In this document: in pieces, positions 22,700 to 33,944 of the stretch
Position numbering within the stretch: the stretch's first letter is position 1
How the letters are laid out: every line of letters starts with the position of its first letter
Origin: Rebecca billardiae RCC1528
Taxonomy: Eukaryota > Protista > Haptophyta
DNA length: 64,000 nucleotides
Direction: 5' to 3'
NCBI GenBank assembly: GCA_965240325.2
Contig: OZ251225.1
Span: 3,844,001-3,908,000 of the forward strand
Program-made: the position numbers and the translations under genes
Notes under the pieces: generated by a model
What the model was told of the DNA's origin: nothing
What the model saw: only the letters and a program-made list of their open reading frames with translations
Databases searched by the model: none

Positions 22700-24052
22700 C
22701 CCCTATTGTGGAACGATTTTCGGGTTTTCCGCCCCTAGGGCGAGGTAGTGCGGCTCGGCGAGCGATCTTAAGGTGTCAGGTACTGGCCATGGGTCCTACC
22801 GAAGGGACCATACACCTCTGAAGGTGCGGAGCTCGAAACTAGCCCGCGCGCGCGCGCGCGCGCGCGCGCGCGCGCGGGGTGCGTCGACGGGTCGACTGAC
22901 CCCTATTGTGGAACGATTTTGGTTCCTCGCTCAGGACGGTGCCACTGCTGGCTCCTGAGCGTTCGCAGTCGGCCCACTGGCGCTCGCCGGCGTGCTGGTG
23001 GTGTGGGCACCCGCCCTCGACCCCGCAGCCGCCGGGGGGCACGTCTTGCCCGCGCGAACCCTCTCCACGATGAGTGATGCGGTCGACGAGCGTGTCCGTC
23101 ATCGACGCTCGCTCGCCTTCGCGTGGCGCCGGAGCCGCCGCCGACACCACCGCTTCCAGGGCATGCTGGAGAGCGTCGAGAAGGGCGCGCCGCTACGCAG
23201 GAAGAGGAGCGCCGCATCGATGCAGACCTGCCGCGTGGTCGGCGCGAAGCCGAGTAGCGCTATCTCCGCGACCCAGTTGGTGTGCATCTGCTCGACCGTC
23301 ACAGCCGCTCAGCCGCGGCTTCAGCCCCAGCGGCCTCGACGGGCTGGTCGGGTCCTTCACCATCCGACAGAGCGTGGCCCGTTGTCACGGCATATGAGCC
23401 GAAGTCGGCGACAGCTGTGCCCTCACGCCAGCTCCCCGCTCTACACACAGTCCCTGATGGCTGCATCCGGCGGGTCGTAGTCCACTCGCGCCCAGCCGCT
23501 TCGCGCGGCGCGGCTCTCGCGCGGTCGGCAGGCGATGAAGCTGCTTTGCGGGGTTGGGCGTCGCCTGACGGTCCGGCACCTTCGGCTACGCGTTCATCAT
23601 CGCCACCAGTCAGCTCGCGCCGCCGCACCGCCCCCCGCCGCGGCGGGGCGTCCTCGACCCTCCAACCCAGGAATCAGCCATGCTGACCTGACCCAATTCG
23701 TGTCACTCGCGCTCCATCCACGAGTGCGGCAGCGGCAAGCCGGCTTGATTCCCTGCCCGGGCTGCTCTCGGGGAGCTCCCAAAAATACCGTGCGCGCCCT
23801 CCCGGCCGAAGCTTCGGCCTACAGGAGCCGAAAACCATTTTTTCACACCAGATTCTCAGCTCTGACTCCAGCAAACGATCGGCAGCGGACGGCGCTGGGG
23901 TGGGGCTATGGCGACGTTCTTGGGCTCGTTGGACGCGCCTTGGCCAGGCGCACACGGCGGTAGCCGCCGATCTCATCGCCTCCGCGACATCCGAGCTCTA
24001 CATAGGAAAAACTGGCGCCGTTCCACAATAGGGGTCCGTTCCACAATAGGGG
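22700..24052. mobile_element. Non-autonomous piggyBac-like DNA transposon (1,353 bp)
   Basis: TTAA (22696-22699) | CCCCTATTGTGGAACG ... CGTTCCACAATAGGGG | TTAA (24053-24056). Extra subterminal copies of the same 16-mer at 22900 and 24019-24034. No intact transposase ORF. Confidence 0.9.
22845..22876. repeat. (CG)16 microsatellite
   Basis: 32 nt of perfect alternating CG inside the piggyBac-like element. Confidence 0.95.
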
Positions 24053-24801
24053 TTAAGACGCTACGTTCGTTCTACGGAAAAGGACCGCGGAACCGGCGGT
24101 CATATATAGCAGCAGCTGGTTGCACGTAGTAGTTCAATACAGCTGATCCGGAAGCACTCAAGACCGTCGTACTCAGTAGTTAGTAGTACCGCCGGTAGAC
24201 TCTAGACAGCACTCAGCAGCCGCGGCCACTCCGCGCGGTCCGGGCACTCCGCGAGTGCCTGCCGCGAGCCGAGACAGCTGCTCGCCGCGACAGTCTTCGA
24301 TGACGATCATCATCCGAGACCGATGCTAATATATATAAGCAGTGTGATGAGCTAAGTCCCCCGAAGTCGCTGCGCAAGTCGTCGCGTCGCAAGCACGGTA
24401 CGCGTATCGATCATAATATTCATATCCGGCGTCGTGGCATCACGGTGGCAGGCGGCAGTCTGAGTCCCGGGGACTCGCCGAGTGATTTCCGGGGAGGACG
24501 GGAGGCAGCCAGCTGGCAGCTGCTGTCGCGGCCGATGTGTCGATCTGTTTACTGCATGCCATGCTGTCAGCATGCAAGCAGAGTCATCATCAATACGCGG
24601 CGCCAGTGGGGCTGTGGGGCCGAGCCCGACGACCGACACCGGTTAGACGCGGTCCGACGGTGGCATCGTCGTGTGATTGCAAGCCGCGCGGCAGGTGATC
24701 GGGTGGGGTGTGCCGATATCAGACTAGTCAGAGCTCAGTCAGCGCAGACCGACCGTGGCTCCGAGCGCACAGCGGGCGGGCCGAGCTGGGCTCTCTCTCT
24801 C

Positions 24802-26362
24802 TCACTTCTTCTTCTCCGCCGTCACCTGAGGAGCGGGGGGCGGCGGGAGGTGTGTGTGAGCGCGCGGCTGGGGGCGGCGACGGCGTCGCACTCGCGCGGC
24901 GGCAGCGCACGTTGAACTTGAAGTAGATGATCTGCGTACACCGCGCGCGCGCGAGGCGGCCGGGTGGCAGGCAGGGCGGAGGTGAGCCGCGGGCGGCGAG
25001 CGGTGTGGGCGGCGCGGCATGGAAGCGCGCGCGCGTCCGCGCACGCGCGCACGTCGCCGTCCTGCACGATGTACTCCTTCCCCTTCATCTGATACTTGCC
25101 GGCCGCCTTGCACGCGGCCTCCGACCCCGCCTCGGACCAGTCCGGGTAGTGCATCACCTCCGCCATGATGAACCCCCTTTCAAAGTCGGTGTGGATCGTG
25201 CCCGCCGCTTGCGGCGCCTGCGGGCCGCGAGCGAGCGAGCGGCGCGCAGCGGCGCAGCGGCGCAGCGGCACGGCCGCGCGCGTGAGCGGCGGCGCGGCTC
25301 CGCGCGGGCGCGCGGCGCGCTGCGCGCGCGGCTCGCCCGCTCGGCGCGCCCCGCCGTCTGATCGCGCCGCCGCACCTTGCACGGATTTCTGATCGTCCAG
25401 CACTTGACCTCGTCCGCGCCCGCGGTGAAGAAGTGGATGAGCCGCAGCAGGTGGTAGCCGGTGGTGACGATCTTGGGCATCATGCTCTTGACCTTGTGCT
25501 CCTCGAGGTACGCCTTGCGCGCGTCCTCGTCCATCTCCACCAGCTTCGCCTCCACCTCCGCCGAGTACGGGATGATCGTCTCGCCGGGGCAGTTCTCGTC
25601 CACGTAGCCCTTGACCTTGGCCAGCCACTTGTTCTTCTGCCGCAGGAAGTCTTTCTCCGTCATGTTCACGAGGTACATGGCGGGCTTGGCGGTGAGGAGC
25701 TGCACCTCGTTGAGGATGTCGATCTCCTTGTACCCCCACTTGAGCGCCTCGACGGCGAAGCGCAGGTCCTTCCCCTCCTCCATCCACTTGAGCGCCGCCT
25801 CGAGCGTGTCGAGCGCCTCCTTGGCCTTCTTGTTCTTCGCGTCGCGCTTGTACTCCTTCTGCGCCTCGGGGATCTGCTTGTTGATCATCTCGATGTCCTT
25901 CATGCGCAGCTCGGCGCGGATGATGTCGAGGTCGCGCAGCGGGTCGCACGCGCCCTCCGTGTGCGTCACGCCCGTCTCCTTCTCCTCGAACACGCGCACG
26001 ATGTGGAAGATGGCGTCGGTCGCGCGGATGTGCGAGAGGAACGCGTTGCCCAGGCCCTCGCCCTCGTGCGCGTTCTTGACGAGCCCGGCGATGTCGGTGA
26101 CGGTGAGCCAGGCGGGCACCTTGCTCGCCGGCTGGTACTTCTCGCACAGCGTGTCGAACCGCTCGTCCGGCACCTTGACGCGCGAGGTCGACGGGTCGAT
26201 CGTGCAGAACGGGAAGTTCTCCGCCGGCACCGACATGCCGCACAGCACGTTGAAGGTGGTGGACTTGCCAACGTTGGGCAGGCCGACGAGGCCGGCCGAG
26301 ACGTTGTTGCCCGGCCGGCCGAGCATCGGCGGCAGCTCGACGGGGCCCTTCTTCGGCGGCAT
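24802..26362 (-). CDS. OLA1: Obg-like ATPase 1 (YchF/OLA1). Exons 26362-25376, 25217-25053, 24931-24911, 24825-24802
   Basis: [54 protein letters not shown] (NxxE), [52 protein letters not shown]. Three GT-AG introns restore the frame. Confidence 0.97.
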
Positions 26363-26553
26363 TCTTGGCGCCGCGGTGGACGAGCGGACTCTACGATGGA
26401 TGCGCGCGCGCAGAGTGGCGCCGACTGGGGAAGTGACGCGCCCTCGTGTCCGGGCTTGGGCGCGGCAATCCGGGCGGCTCGTGACGCGGCCGCCCGCTGA
26501 GAGCCGGCGCGGGAGTTGGCTCGTCCCGTGGCGGCGTCGCGCGCGGGGAAGTC

Positions 26554-27780
26554 ATGTCGTGGCGTGACACGAATTCGGATGGCACCCCGCGGGGCGAGGG
26601 CGAGGAGCGCTCTGGCGGGCGGGGCGGTGGCGTTGGCGGCGGGAGCGACGGCGGTGCCTTCGACGACCGCAGATCGCAGGGCTTCTCGCGCGGCGACGAC
26701 CGGGACGGCCCGGGGCCCGGGTCGGGCGGGGCGGGCGGCTATGGGCCCGGCGGCGGCGGCCGCGGGCGCGGCGGGCGCGGGGGCGGGCGCGGCGGGCGCG
26801 GCGGCTTCTTCGACAACGGGCCGCCACCGCCGCCCATCGACCCCGCCGACAAGCAGGTCGGCGTCGTCACCTTCATCAAGGACTCGTACGGCTTCCTGCA
26901 GACGGACGACTCGAGCCGCGTCTTCTTCCACTTCTCCGAGCTGCTGGGCAACGCGGCGCTGCACCTCGGGGACACGGTGCTCTTCGGCACGCGGGTGGAC
27001 CCGCGGTCGCACAAGACGTGCGCCGTGCAGCTCGCCGTGCTCTCGCCCGAGGAGCTCGCCGCCGTCGACGTGAGCGCCGAGCGGCTTGTGGGCAACGTGG
27101 TCGTGCCTCCGCGGCGCGGCCGCAAGGAGCAGGGCGCGGCGACGGGGCGCGTGCAGGTGCAGGCGGGCGCGGAGGGCAGCGGCACCGAGATCCTCTCGTT
27201 CGGGCTGGCCGACGTCGACCCCCAGTCCATCGCGCTGTGCGCCGGCGACATCGTCCAGCTCAACGTCGCCGTCGAGCGCGTGACGCGCCGGCGCAAGGCG
27301 TGGCGTGTCGCCTTCCTGGAGTCGACGCTGCCGCGCGCGAGCGGCACGGTCACGACGCTCAAGGAGTCGTTCGGCTTCCTCTCGAGCCCGGAGCACGCGG
27401 AGCAGTTCTTCTTCCACTTCTCCGAGCTGCCCGACGAGCTGCGCGAGCGCCACGCGCTGCACGTCGGGCAGGACCTCGAGTTTGCGATCACGGAGGGCGA
27501 CGCGCGCGCGGACGCGCGGCCGCGCGCGCACGGCGGCGCGCCGCAGCCGGCCGCGCGCGCGGCGATCCGCCTCAAGCCGCTGCCGAAGGGCACGGTGGTG
27601 TGGAAGACGCAGCTGCCGGGCGTGTACATCGGCGAGGTCGCCACCGTCTTCCAGCGCGTGCGCAAGCGCGCGCCCGACGGGCACGGCAACGTGGTCGTCA
27701 AGATCGACGGCCGCATCATCTGCACGGCAGAGCTCGGCGGCGCGGCGGCCGGCGCACCCGCGCCCGACGAGCGCGCGCCC

Positions 27781-27817
<37 letters not shown>

Positions 27818-30034
27818 GCGCGCCCGCCGGGGCGGAGGCGGAGGGCGCGCGCGGCGCGTACCCCGGCGCGAGCTTCCCCTTCGAGCTCAGCATCGACGAG
27901 CCCGCGGGCGGGCCGCACGAGCCGCAGCCGCTGCAGCAGCAGGGCCTGGAGGGGCAGGCGGAGGAGGGCGCGGGCGCGCACGGCGCCGCACGGCCGCCCG
28001 CCGCCGCGGAGCCCGCCACGGCGAATGGCGGCGGCGAGGCGCCGGCGGCGGGCGCGAGCGGCGGCGCCTCCGCCGCGCCCGCCTCCTCCGCCCCCGCCCC
28101 CGCCCCGCAGCCGGACCTCTCCCTCATCCAGCCCGGACTGGCCGTGCGCTTCTGCCTCGAGCGAGACGCGCTGAGCGCCAAGCTGAGTGCGGCCAACGTG
28201 CAGCTGCTCGGGCCGGGGGAGGACGAGGGGGCGGAGGAGGACGCGCGCGAGACGGGCGTGCTGGACGCGCTCAGGGACGGCGTGGCGTACGTGCAGTGCG
28301 CACAGCGCGACGCGCAGGCCTTCTTCCACCCGTCCGCGCTCGGCAAGCACAAGGGGGCGCTGCGGCCGGGCGCGGAGCTGCGCTTCAGCCTGCGCCGGCT
28401 GAGCGCGCACTCGGCGCGCGGCGGCGTGCGGCTGCTCGCGCACGGCGTGGAGGTGCTGCCGCACGGCTCGGTGGCGCTGGACGAGCTGCTCGAGAAGGAC
28501 GTGCTCGGCCTCGTCAAGAAGCTCCCCGCCAAGGGCAAGGACAACGGCCTCGTCGCGTACGGCCCAGCCGTCGCGTTCGACGCGAGCGTGGGCACCGCGC
28601 CCGCGCCCGGCGGCGGCGGCGGCGCCGACTCGGAGCACAGCCACGGGCACGGGCACGGGCACGGGCACGGCGCGCACGGGCACGGCGCGCACGCGCACGG
28701 CGGGCCGTTCGCCAGGCACGAGGCCAAGACGCGCTCCGAGCTCGTGCGCTCGTGGCGCACCTCCACGCCCGAGCCCACCGAAGCGCACCCGCCCGCCGCC
28801 GCCGCGCCCGCCGCGGCCAAGGCGGGCGCGGACGGGGCGGCGGCGGCGGCGGCGGCGCCCGCGCCCGCGCCCGCGGCCGCGCCGCCCGCCGCCGCGCCGC
28901 CCGCGCGCTTCGCGGACGCGCACGAGCCCTCGGCGCACGCGGCGGCGCACGCGGCGGCGCCGGCGGCCGCGGCCGCCGCCGCCGCCGCCGCCGCCGCCGC
29001 CCCGAGCGCGGAGGCCGCCGCCCTCTCCGCCGCCTTCCGCTCGACCGACGTCTGCGAGGGGCAGCGGCTGCAGGCGGGCGACGAGGTTGTCTTCACGCTC
29101 GTCAAGGCGGTGCGCACGCACAAGCACAGCGCGCGCGAGCTGCGGCCCACCACGTACGAGGGCACGGTCGAGTCGGTCAAGGGCTCGTACGGTGCGTGGC
29201 CGCGCGCGGCGCGCGCGGGGCCGGCGCGCGCGTGCGCCGCGCCGCTGCCCTCACAGACGGAGCCGCGCGCCCTGCCGCCGCCTCCGCCGGGCGCGTGCGC
29301 TGTGCGCGCGTGCGCGCGCGCTGCCGTGCGCGCAGGCTTCATCAAGGTGCCCAGCCTCGCGCCGCGCCCCTTCTTCTTCCACGCCAGCGAGGTGGCGGGC
29401 GGCGCCGAGCTGCACGCGGGCGACGTGTGCGCGTGCGGCATGCGCCAGGCCGGCCGCTCCAGGGAGCGCAACGCCGTGCGGCTTGTGCGCACAGCGCAGG
29501 TGTGCGCGTGCGCGCGTGCGCGAGGGCGCGCGCGCGCGGGCGTGCCGCGCCCGCGCTGCTCCGCGCCGCCGCCGCTGCGCGCGCGCGGCCGCTCACGCCG
29601 CGCGCGCGCGCGCGGCCGCTCACGCCGCGCGCGCGCGCGCGCCGACCCGCTCGCAGGCGCCGCCCGCCGCCGCGCCGCACCGGCCGACCGTGCTGCAGCA
29701 CTCGCGCGCCAAGGGCGAGGTCGGGCACGGCGTGATCCGTCAGGCGCACGGCCCAGACGGCACGCGCGGCTTCTCGCGCGGCCGCGGCAAGTCGCTCGCC
29801 GCGCTCGGCTTCGTGCCCTTCGGCAGCGCGGCGCCGAGCGCGGGGCCAGCGACGCACGCGCCCGAGCCGGCCGGCGCGGCCGCCGAGGGCGCGGCCGCCG
29901 GCGCGGCCGGCGCGGCGCAGCACACGCCGGCAGCCGCCCCGCCATCCGCCTCGGCGGCTGGCAGCGCGGCGGCGTTGGCGCCGACCGCGGGCGCAGCAGC
30001 AGAGCCCGCCGCCGCGGCGGCCGAGCAGCAGTAA
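26554..30034 (+). CDS. CSDE1: Cold-shock domain protein E1 (UNR) homolog with N-terminal RGG tract and C-terminal SUZ-C motif. Exons 26554-29191, 29336-29499, 29657-30034
   Basis: Multiple CSDs (GVVTFIKDSYGFLQ..VFFHFSEL; GTVTTLKESFGFL..FFFHFSEL; RETGVL..AFFHPS; GTVESVKGSY/GFIKV..FFFHASEV). C-terminal VIRQAHGPDGTRGF matches the SUZ-C motif. Confidence 0.88.
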
Positions 30035-30700
30035 GTCGAGCAGTCGGCGACGCCTGCTTGGGTCATGTGCATCGCGCCGTGACTACTGTGCTGCGCGCGG
30101 GCTGCTGCGCTGCTGCATCATCAATACGCTCGTTCTGACGAGTGAGCAGTCGACGTGATCGTCACGCGACACTCGCTGCGCGTCGTCGGCTCACGGCTGT
30201 CTCGGCTCGGACTCCGTCGGAGACGACAAAGCCTGATGAGCATCAGTACTGTATCGTCATCAGCGCTGGTATTTGACACTGATGCTAGCGCGTACGACTC
30301 AGCAATAGTCGTATAGTAGTTATTATATATATATTACTTATTAGTATATTAATTAATTATGCGCGCACTGATGCTATATATAGCGCTGACACTGCGCGAT
30401 GCTGCGCGATGTTATTGCGCGATGCTGCCGATGATGCTGAGATTGATGACGCCGACGAGACGACCATGTCACAACTCACCATGTGAGTGATGACCATGTC
30501 GACCATCGCAAAGCGGCGGGTGTCGGCCGTGTCGGGTGAGGACGGACGTGTCGTTGATGACGGCCCGGCGCTGCATGGCGCTGCGCGGCGGCAACGGCAC
30601 CTCGGCTTGCGCCGGCAGCGCCGCAGCGCCCGGTGCCGCCCCGGCGCACGCGCGGCCCGGCGCTGCGGACGGCGTGACGTGCAGGCGGATCGACGGCGGC

Positions 30701-33700
30701 CTACGACGAGCGGCGCGACTTGGCGGGGCGCGCGGCCTCCTGCGGCTCCTGCTCGGGCTGCTCGGCCGCGAGCACGGTGGCGTCGTCCCAGAGCCCGACG
30801 AGGTGGGCGAGGGCGCTGGTTGTGCTCGCGCGGCGCACTTGCTCCACCCACGCGGCACACATCTCCGCACTCCACACGCTGAGGGAGCGGACGCGCGCGG
30901 CGGCGTGCGGCGGCGCGCGCCAGGGGGCCACGCCGGGCGCGCGGGGCGTGTGAGCGCGGGCGCGGGCGGCGCGCGCGGGCGGCGCGCGCGGCGCGTCTCC
31001 CGTCAGCGGCGGCGGCGGCGGCGTTGGCGCGCGCGCGGCGCGCGCCGCACCGCAGCCCCTCGGCGGAGACGCCGCTCTGCGCGGCCGCCTCGTGCAGGGC
31101 GAGCGCGCACGCCGCCACCTCGCCCACCTCCGTGGCGGCGCCGAGCGCGCGCAGCCAGTCCGCGCGGCGCGCGTCCGCGCGCGCGCCGCCGCCCTCGCCC
31201 GCGCGCCACGCGCTCGCCGCCCCGGCCGGCTTGCCCTGCGCGGCCGCGACGAGCGCGCCGACGCGCGCCTCCGCCCGCTCGAGCAGAGCCTTGAGCGCGC
31301 GCAGCCGCGCAGCCCACGGCGGCAGCTCGGGCGGCGCCGCGGCGGCGGGCGCGGGGTCGGGCGGCGGCTCGGGCGCGGGCGCGGCGTCGGCGTCGGCGTC
31401 CGCGGCCGCGCCCGAGCCCGCCGCGGCGGCCGCGGCCGCGCGCTCGCGCTCGAGCGCGAGCTGGCGCTCGGTCTGGCGCGCGGCGGGCGGCGGGTGCTGC
31501 TGCTCCGGCGGCCCGCCCGCGCGCCCACCCGCCGGCTTGGCGCCGCGCGCGCCGCCCGCCGGCTCGGCGCTCGGGTTGAGCTCCGGCGCGCGCCGCAGCG
31601 CAGACGCCAGCTGAGGCCTGAGCGCACCCAGCTCTTGCAGCAGCGCACCCTCGCGCACCGCCTTGGGGTGGAGGTACGCGAGCAGCGCGTCGAGCTGCGC
31701 GCCGGTCTCGACGACGAGCCACTCGGCCGACTCGGCCGGCGGGGCGTCGGCCGCCGGCGCGCCGCCGGCCGCGTCCGCCTCCGACGGCGCGCCGCGCGCG
31801 TGCGCCGCCGCCGCGCGCCCCTGCTGCTGCAGCTGCGCGTGTGTGAGCGGCAGTTGAACAAACACGCGCCCGCCGCCGCTCGCGCCGCCCAGCCGCCAGT
31901 AGCGCGCGCCGAAGCGGTCGGAGCCGAGCGGCTCGGTGCGCACGCGGAGCGCGCTCAGCTCGCGCTCCAGCCGGCGCACGGTGCGCGTGGCCTTGGCGAG
32001 GGCGGCCGCGTCGGAGGCGGGCGGCGCGGACGGGTCGAGCTGCGCAGTGGGCGTGCGCTGCCGCTTGCGCGCGCCGCCGCCGCCGCCGCCGCTGCCCTCG
32101 TCCGCCGCGCTCGCCGCCTCGCGCGCGCATGCCCTCTCCTCCCGCTCCGCCTCGAGCGCCTCCAGCTCCGCCTCCGCGCCGCGCAGCTCGCGCCGCAGCT
32201 CCGCGGCCTGCTCCTCGTGCCGCTCGAGCGTGGCGCGCAGCTGCGCGCTGTCCAGCACGCGCTCCACCAGCCAGTGCAGCAGCGTGGTGCGCTGCGCGGG
32301 GCTCAGACCGGACTCGTACTCGGCGCAGCCGAGCGCGAGGCGGAGCGCGCGGCGCGCGGGGCCCTCCGCGGCCGCGGCCGCGGCCGCCGCCTCGGCCGCC
32401 TCCGCCTCCGCCTCCTCCTCCGCCGCGCCGGCAGGCGAGGCCTCGTCCGCGCCGTCGTCCGCGCCAGGCGCTCCGGCCGCCGCGGCGCCGCGCGCGCGCG
32501 GCGGCGGCAGGCTGGCACGCGACGCGGCGCGCGAGAGCGCGGGCGGCTCCGCGCCCTCCGCGCCCGCGGCCACGTCGCCGAACAGCCGCCCGTCGTGCTG
32601 CAGCAGCAGCCGCAGCCCCTCCGCCCACGCCAGCAGCGCGTACGGCCGCAGCTGCGGCAGGCTGAACAGCCGGTACGTGGGCGCCAGGCACTCCGCGCCG
32701 CACACGAGCGCGTCGCCGGTAGCGAGCTCGAGCATGGCGCAGTGCAGCGCGGGGAGCGCGTCCGCGAGCTCGGGCTGCGCGCCCGGCGGCTGCCCGAGCA
32801 GCGCCGCCTGCAGCGCGCCCAGCGGCAGCCGCTGCGCCTCCAGCCCCGCCGCGGGGCCGATGCAGTTGACGAAGTCCCACGCCTGCAGCAGCGGCGTGCT
32901 CAGGCAGGGGGGCACCGCGCGCAGCTCGAGGGGCGGGAGCGCCGGCGGCGGCGGGAGCGGCGGCAGCACGCTCGGCACGGGCTGCGTCGGCAGCAGCGGG
33001 TACACGTACGCGGGCGGGGGCGGAGGAGCAGCCGGAGGCGGAGGCGCGCCGCCCTCGGCGCCGCTCGCGCACGCCGACGCGGCGGCGGGCGCGCCCGCCG
33101 CCGCGCCGCCCGCCGCGCCGCCCGCCGCGCCGCCCGCCGCGCCGCCCGCCGCGCCCGCGCCGCCGCAGAAGGCGTGCAGCGCGCTGTGCGGCGGCGCCTC
33201 CTCCTCCTTCGCGCCCAGCCGCCGCCTGAGCTGCGCCTCCCGCCGCAGCAGCTCCTCGTCCTCCATCGGGAACGTGGCGAGCAGCGCGCGCGCCTCCGCC
33301 TGCGCGCGGGGCGGTGCGCGGTGCGAGGGGCGCGGCGGGCTCAGGGCCCGCGGCGGCGCACGCGCGCGCACGCGCACGTGACGCGCGCCCACACGCAGCA
33401 CGCGCACGCGCCCACGCAGCACACACGCAGGGCGCGGGGCCTCGCGCCAGCCTCTCACCAGCTGCGTCTTGAGCCGCTCCCTCTCCGCCGCGCGTCGCTC
33501 CTTGTCGCCCGCCCTCTGTGCGCGCTCCGCCTCCTTGGTCTCCTCGCGCGCCGCGCGCTCGGCGAGCCTGCGCTGCTCGCTCGCCATCAGCGCGCGCTCC
33601 CTCGCGCGCAGCGCCGCCTCCGCCTTCGCCACGCGCGCCTGCGCCTTGTCGCGCTTGGCGGCCGCGCGCCGCACCTTGCGCGCCGTCAGCGCCTCCTCGG

Positions 33701-33904
33701 CGCGGATGCGCGCGAGCTGCGATTGCAGGTAGGCGGGGTCGTCCACGGCGCTGATCACCTCGAGCGTGGCGCGCGGGGGCAGCTTGCGCGCGGCGCCGCC
33801 CGCGCCGACGGCCGCGCCGACGCTCGGCGCCGCGCCCGCAGCGCCGCCGCCGCCGCCGCCACCGTCGTCGTCGTCGTCGTCCGCGCCGCCGCCCTCCTCC
33901 GCCT

Positions 33905-33944
<40 letters not shown>

